A stretch of 64,000 nt of DNA from Zygnema circumcarinatum SAG 698-1b (lineage: Eukaryota; Plantae; Zygnematophyceae), in NCBI GenBank assembly GCA_037447605.1, contig CM074805.1:4125361-4189360 (forward strand). The letters run 5' to 3'. This document shows positions 57,653 through 64,000 of the stretch, one piece after another. The notes below the pieces were generated by a model. The model did no database searches. It was not told the origin of the DNA and worked only from the letters and a program-made list of their open reading frames with translations. The translations under genes were made by a program, and so were the position numbers. Numbering within the stretch: the first letter of the stretch is position 1; every line of letters starts with the position of its first letter.

Positions 57653-60600
57653 CTATGCCGTTGCCACATCAGAAGCCTCTTGCCGTCCCTTTCCTCCTCT
57701 CCTCCTTGTCATCTCCAAATCATTAACAGTCCCACCTCCAAAATCATCATTCTCCGACCAATCTGTAAGTGCGGGAAGCTCCTCCTCCACCACCTTTGAG
57801 GCCTCCTCTGCAACGCCATGCAATTCTTCCCGGACGATCGAAAACCACGAGTTCATGTCCTCTCCTCCTTCCCCACTCTCAGAGAACATGCCCCCCGTAT
57901 ACTTCACATCCGAGCAAATCAGGAGATACTGGTCCCCATATACAAGGGCAGCTTCCTCCAACTCCACCCCCGGAAGCACCGGCAGAGGAAATCCCGTTAC
58001 CATCCTTCGGTTAAGTATGGGAAGAACCACATTTTTCACAGCAGTTTTCGCCATAGTCTGCATCGACCACCCACATTCTATGCCAAATTTTTAGCACGAC
58101 AACTTTTAGGGTTTCGGGGGCAACAAGAGATGGCACAGACTTGGCCGTTACAAGAAGCAATTAGTTTCTATGAGCTCAAATTAACCGAACTAGAAGGCTA
58201 ACGTCTGACCAAAAGGCCATGAAATTCACCTGGAGAGTGCGAATAGGGAAGTTGCCAATAGTGCTCCATTTCAAGGCCAGTTCCAAATCGTCGAGTAAGA
58301 AAGCCCCAGTCAAATTATTGCTCTTTATCTCTACCCGGCCTTCCATATACACCTCCTGCCCCACAAATCCCCTCTCCCCCAGATTTACGTCAACCTCCTG
58401 CAAAGCGGGACATTGCTATCTACAATGAAAAAGCTTGAAGGGTATTGTCAAGTCATATCTACTCCCCATTTCATCGGTTTTTTAGAAACAGAGCTGCGGA
58501 ATGTAAGCATTTTAGAATTTCAGAGTTCTAAGCTCACCATGCCGAGACAAGCCACTCCCACTCGGCTCCCATCGTCGAGAATAACGAGAATTGTCATGTC
58601 GGCAGCAACTTCCGCCTTCACTCCTTTGTCAGCTGCGAATGTGATGTTTGGAGGTGCGGAAGTATTGAAATCAAGCAACATGTTCCTGTTGGGATACTTC
58701 AGATAAAGTGAGGGCAGCAGAAACCGCCAACTCCCCGTGTTCAGTTTGATGGGAGAGGAAGCAGGAAGTTCATCCACTTCATAAGCAAGACGACCCGCCT
58801 GTGAGAAACAATAACCAGCGCTCTCCAACATTCGGTTAGTAAACGATTTGAACACAAAAGCGACATACCATTCAGGATGTCGCAACCTTAGGTTCTCCCA
58901 AATTTCAACGCATGTAAGGAGAGAAAATAAGCAGCTCTGAAACTCAGAATGAAATAATGGACAAAGTACTGTGCTACTTCTATGAGGACACGAAAGGTCT
59001 TATTGCTCCCCAGGACAGAACGGCGGTCCTTACCTCGTAGTACACTTGGGCTGCAGAGTTCACAACAAAGTCTGTGAGAGCGATTGTGACCATTTTCTGC
59101 GTGTCCCCACATAGAACACCGTCTGGAAGTTGCGTCGATATGTCTTTTGACTCAATGGGACCGTTCACACTTGTGAACTCGCAGCGAGAGCTCACTGAGA
59201 GGCGATCCGCAGCGACAACAGGATTCTCTTTCACAGTGGCATCAATGGCCGCCGTGGAATCTACAGCAATGCGTCTTGGAAGGGTCTACAAAAAGGAAAA
59301 TCAATAAGGAATAAGAAAAAAAATAGAAAATAAATGAATAAATAAGAATAAGGAATAAGGAATAAGGAGGTGCCGAAATAGGCGAGGAACTTCATCATTT
59401 TTGAAAGGAGGGGGTGATGGGGACAGCGAAGCACTAATCGCGAAGAGAAGCTTGCAGGCCTTAATATGCTGGAACAAGACTGAATGAACTGCTTTGGCTA
59501 TTTGTTCACTTTATAACTGAAGGAACTGCAAAAGCCTGCAAGGGGAAGGGAGTGCAAACCTGCAGATAGTTGTCAAGCTTGAGGGCAGCAGTGACAACGC
59601 CGGAGTTCACTGCAGATTCCACTGCTGCACGAAGATGATTGGTAAAGGCATAAATTAGCCTGCAGGGAGTCGACCGTTCGCTATGTGAGCATACATAGAA
59701 TGTGAAAATTTACGCGTAGGGTTTTGATACAGGGGAATGCTCAGCTCAGCCATGTACAAAGGCCTCACAGGAAGTTGAGATATCGATTCGAATGGGTTAA
59801 GACAAAAAAGGACCAATTACATATCGTCTTCCTAGAGGAGGGTAGTACCAATTATATAGCCAGCTGCTGACGCCTCCATACATTGTTATGTCCAGCTTCT
59901 CTATCACTACTCCATGCTCCACAATGCCCATTTTCAAGGTGCCATTGTAAGCAGTAAGGTTAAATGTCACGCCAGCCTGCATGCCTACAACCTGGCCAAT
60001 CCACCCCATAGAACACTTGTCAACAACCTGTCTTCCGTAGCATCAAGCAGAGTGAGGAGATGGGGGAGAGTTGAAGGAAGAGAGAGAGAGAGAGTGAAAA
60101 CAGATAGAAAGGGAGAGAGAGAGAGAGAGAAAGAGAGAGAGACCGGCAGAGACAGTGAGAGGGGGGGAAGGAGGGAGCAAGGCCGATTTTGGCGAACGAC
60201 AACGAAACGTGATATCCTCTTCGCACTAGAGAGTGTTTCACAGAATAATTCATCGGCCGATGTTGTAACATATAACAGTGAGTCCAAGATTTTCTCAAAT
60301 GGCTGGACGATGTGCCCCGTAATTTAGTTCATGTAGGGAACACCTGATTACTTTCTCAGATAAAGTTATTCTGCCTTCGCAAGTTGATAAAGTGCATTGC
60401 TTGTGTTGTAGATTCCTACAAAGTTCAACTGCTTGTCATGCCCTTCACACTCCGTCGGACTCAAAAAAAAGCTTCAGTTTTTCAAACTTCAGGCAGCATC
60501 GACTCACAATTCTCACACACCTCCCCGTGGATTAACTTTATAAGCGTCTTTAAGTAATACACCTCTACTCTCACCTCTACTCTCATTCGCCACCCGCCAT

Positions 60601-61297
60601 TTATTTACGCCTGTTTAAAGGGACAAAAGGGTGTTTTAAATACTATTGTTAAGGGGCCGCTCCGTCTTCCAGGTTAAGAAAAGACGATTGATTATAAGTC
60701 AACCTGAAACAGCACCCTGCATAAGCTTCCCTGGACAAAAAATGCACATTTTTTCTCTACTTGCATCCAGCTCACCTGAACACTTGCAGAGCCCGAATCT
60801 CCGACCCAATCTGCATACGTATACGCCCACTTTAGGGTTGCGTTCGCGCTCACGCCCTCTGCAAAGATGGTCACCGTATCGGCATCCTCCGCCAGAGCAA
60901 CTGCAGCCTCTGCCACATAGACGCTGCTTAAATTTACATTTGTCAACGTGATTGTTACAGTTCCCCAGCTGCTGGCAGATGAGACCTCCACATCCGGAAT
61001 ATGCATAGGAGTCATCTCTGCAAGGACCTCCTGAACCAGCACATCCTTAGCGTACGTGATTCCCTTCTCTGACAGAGTCACTTCCATTCCTGCCGCAGAA
61101 GACGTCTGTTTCAAGCCATACTCGGAAATTAGGGTTTGGTCCCTTCCTGAAGGAACAGCTTGCAGTTCAGAAGCTGCATCCCCCAAGTCCCTAAAAGAAG
61201 ACGCGAGAGTCCCCCCATATGATCCTTGACGGCTGCTGGAAGCGGCGCGGAGAAGCAGCAGCAGCAGAGCTAGCGTCAGAGCGTGCGCGCCGGCCAT
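57653..61297 (-). CDS. LBP/BPI-family lipid-binding protein (LBR / At1g04970-like); 7 exons
   Basis: Signal peptide MAGAHALTLALLLLLLRAASS; TLSEKGITYAKDVLV..PMHIPD; GGVSSWLYNW; LNTGSWRFLLPSLYLKYPN; LKWSTIGNF; VLPILNRRMVTGFPLP; LLICSDV. Confidence 0.9.
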
Positions 61298-61636
61298 GGC
61301 TACTCCCTAAAAGCCTCCCTCCTTATCCTGCACGGATATATAGAGAAGACTTGGTGGGCTTGAAACCGACCGCCCTTTTCCATGTGGAGCCCAACTGCAA
61401 CTGTAACTGTAACTTTGCAAGCTTTTACATGCTTCTTTATGATAAATTCTGCAAATTTCAGCAAAGATCCGCCGTACAGTTATGTTTTGTCCAAATCGAG
61501 CGATCCTGTTTGGTAAAATATCGAGATATGTGAAGATACCAATATATTTCAATATATCGAGGTGCAATATTATGTCGTTACGGTACGTGCCTGTACTGCG
61601 ATCCCCTTGGACGGCGAAGAGGGCAGAACAGCAGCC

Positions 61637-63896
61637 ATGGCGGCCGTCAGGCGCCTGCTCGGCCACGTGGCGCAGCACCCTTGCAGGCTGTTGGAGCACG
61701 TGGCCCTGGCCATGGCGCTGACTGGGCTGATGATGGCCACTTGGCGGCCACATGACTGTTCGAGATGCGACGTGGCACTGCCACGAGTCGGCGACGTGGA
61801 GTTCCTGCAGGCTGAGGGCGTCCAAGAGGCGCCGCTGCCGACTATGGGAGATCGCAGCCTCTCCAGGATGGGGCAGGTGAGGGGAGAGCCGAGTGCACCC
61901 CCGTCTCTCGCTTCTTGCCTGCCTGCTGCTCCCTTTGGCAAACCTCTGCCTCCTAGCTCCTTTTCGGTCGTTCAAGTTAAGCATGGAGTGCTCCGCATTG
62001 GCAGTAAATATGAAATCTCTACTCGACTCACATTGCCTTATATTCAACGAATTTTACGAACTCCAGCTTTTCCTTGAAGAAAATGATTATATTGGCACCC
62101 TTACCAGTTAACGAGCATGATAGGGACGTCGTTTATACATGACTCATCAAACTTTCCAGTGTTTGTCATCTTTGCAAACCAAAGATGACAAACACTGGAA
62201 ATAGACATTAGTGTGTGAATTTATTGCCTGAGAGTCCTGATGGCCCTTGACACCCTAGAAATGCTTGCTCACCTGTTGCCATCACCCCGGGAGCTGCAGA
62301 TTACCGAACATCACGATATGAGAGGGGACATCTACCGCTTCAGCGTATGTTTGGACTTTCCCGGCTCATCAAGCACGAGCTGGCTTGACTCTTAAGGGTA
62401 TTTGTTTGAGACACAACTTCCTTTGAAATCTCTCATTCGCCTCTTCTTTCACCCCGCTTGACCTCGGCATCCAGAAGTCACAGTCCTAGCGTCTTTGCAA
62501 TTCCCTGATGAGCAGGGAAAGGTTTCTTATAATGTATACTCTTTAATGGCTTAGACTGTGTTTTTTTGGGTTTTTGGGGCTGCAGATGGGCGATGGAGTG
62601 GTCGTAAACCTTATGCGGACTGTGGGAGGTTCCATGCGTAGTGGTGACATGCACAACTGCACCCAATTCGATGTCCTTCTCCGCGGCCGTACACGCCTCT
62701 TTCTCATGGTATGCCTCTTGGCCAGCAACCAGTCATTGAAACGTTTCAAATATCTTGTCGTGAAACCCTACCTCATGGTCAGTGCATTCGGCATGGACTT
62801 TTTGACTGTGTAGGATTTGCACACTGGCAAGGAGGCAGTGCACGAGTACGGCGGTGAGCACGATTATATCGCCATTCCTCCACGGTACGTGCAGTCAGTT
62901 CTACTGAATCCGTTACAGAATTTACCAACCCCCTTGTACACTTCTATGTCGTTTTGGCAGCCGATAAGACATCCCTCGATGAAGGGCCAGTTTTGGCCTT
63001 TCTCAACCGGGTGATGCTTGACCATGGCGAGACTTTTGTGGTGTCTCATAGAGCTGGCCAACTTGACTCCGCCACTTGTATGAGCAGTGCAGAAAGAAAA
63101 AAGGAGTAACTGCAATGCTTGCGATTCTAAAAGCAACCACAGTGTCCATCCTCTGGCCATGAGCTGCCTGTTCGGATTTCCATTTTTCTTCAGCAAATGC
63201 TGCCAATTTCCGCTATTCCATTAAGGAAAAAAGAATTTCAGTCACCCCTTTTTACCGTAAATGTGCAAGCTCGTGTTTTCACGTATCCAAATGGGCGATT
63301 TGTTGCTCGGAGTCGTCCTTCTGCTTGCATTTGGAATGACTGTGACAGGCGATTTGCATTGAGGGAAAACAGCTCAGCATTTGCCATTGCCTTAAGTTTC
63401 TGTCAGTGTTTTCTCGTTTATGGCTTGAATCCCTTTCTTTGAGGTGCTGCAGGGTGCCGCATTTATTTGAATTTGTCGAAGACAGTTTTGTGCTTGAGTG
63501 GTGGGCGTGCGAGTTCCATGCGTGGTGCGTTCCGTCTCCGTCCTGTTCCCGTTCGCATTCCTTCAATGACCTATTGAGCATTAGGGTTTAGGGTTCAGGG
63601 TTTGACCGGCCACCACCTCTCTCTACATCCCCCGCTTTGTTGAGGGTGCATGCTGTTGTTGTTGTTGTTGGTTTGGGAGGGATCTGGGACTCCATGTTGT
63701 GTTGCTCCGTTACCGTTCAGTTTCAGTTGTCACACTACAAAAGGATGCTGCCGTATGCCATGAGAGACCACATTCCTTCCTAAAACCCTATCCTTGTACC
63801 GGGCTGCTTGCGTGCAGGTATTACAAGCCGTATCGCGACATTATTCAAAAAGCGTTCGAAAAGGGCAACAAAAGAGAAGCGGAGGGGGGAGCTTGA
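61637..63896 (+). CDS. Uncharacterised RmlC-like cupin protein with a hydrophobic N-terminal segment; 6 exons (starting 61637, 62300, 62586, 62814, 63452, 63818)
   Basis: Spliced product includes HHDMRGDIYRFS|MGDGVVVNLMRTVGGSMRSGDMHNCTQFDVLLRGRTRLFLM|DLHTGKE...YIAIPPR|VPHLFEFVEDSFVLEWWACEFHAW|YYKPYRDII. It carries DxRG and cupin motif 2 (IPPxVPHxF); all junctions are phase-consistent GT-AG. Confidence 0.75.
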
Positions 63897-64000
63897 CTCG
63901 CCTCCGTTTGCATGTACATACATGATTTGTGGTATAGGAGGGAGCAGACGTGACGTGACGTGATGTGACGCCCATCCAGTCGTTTTTTTGTTGTTCTTGT

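Overview
Eukaryotic nuclear DNA with compact, intron-rich (mostly GT-AG) genes. CHUP1, a JMJ31-like gene and an AT3G09050-like gene point to a streptophyte; a charophyte alga or early land plant is my inference. Order along the window: an unidentified multi-exon gene (-, runs off the left edge), LPAT4/5 acyltransferase (+), AT3G09050-like plastid protein (-), a Tc1/mariner-type MITE, VAMP72 R-SNARE (+), CHUP1 (-), JMJ31-like JmjC oxygenase (+), ETFQO (+), a ~5.9 kb palindrome, eIF3d (+), a DHHC S-acyltransferase (+), an LBP/BPI-family gene (-) and, head-to-head with it, an uncharacterised RmlC-like cupin (+). The most striking structure is the palindrome (about 40157-46104). It holds two divergently transcribed copies of an unrecognised acidic coiled-coil gene. 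A ~1.5 kb core, introns included, appears identical between the arms, while the shared promoter and the 3' flanks have diverged, as expected from arm-to-arm gene conversion. Other oddities are many purine-rich 3' splice sites without a polypyrimidine tract, micro-exons, a ~600 bp intronic (CT)n tract and an intronic telomere-like (TTACCCC)n array. All exon models were assembled by eye and family calls come from recalled motifs, not database searches.
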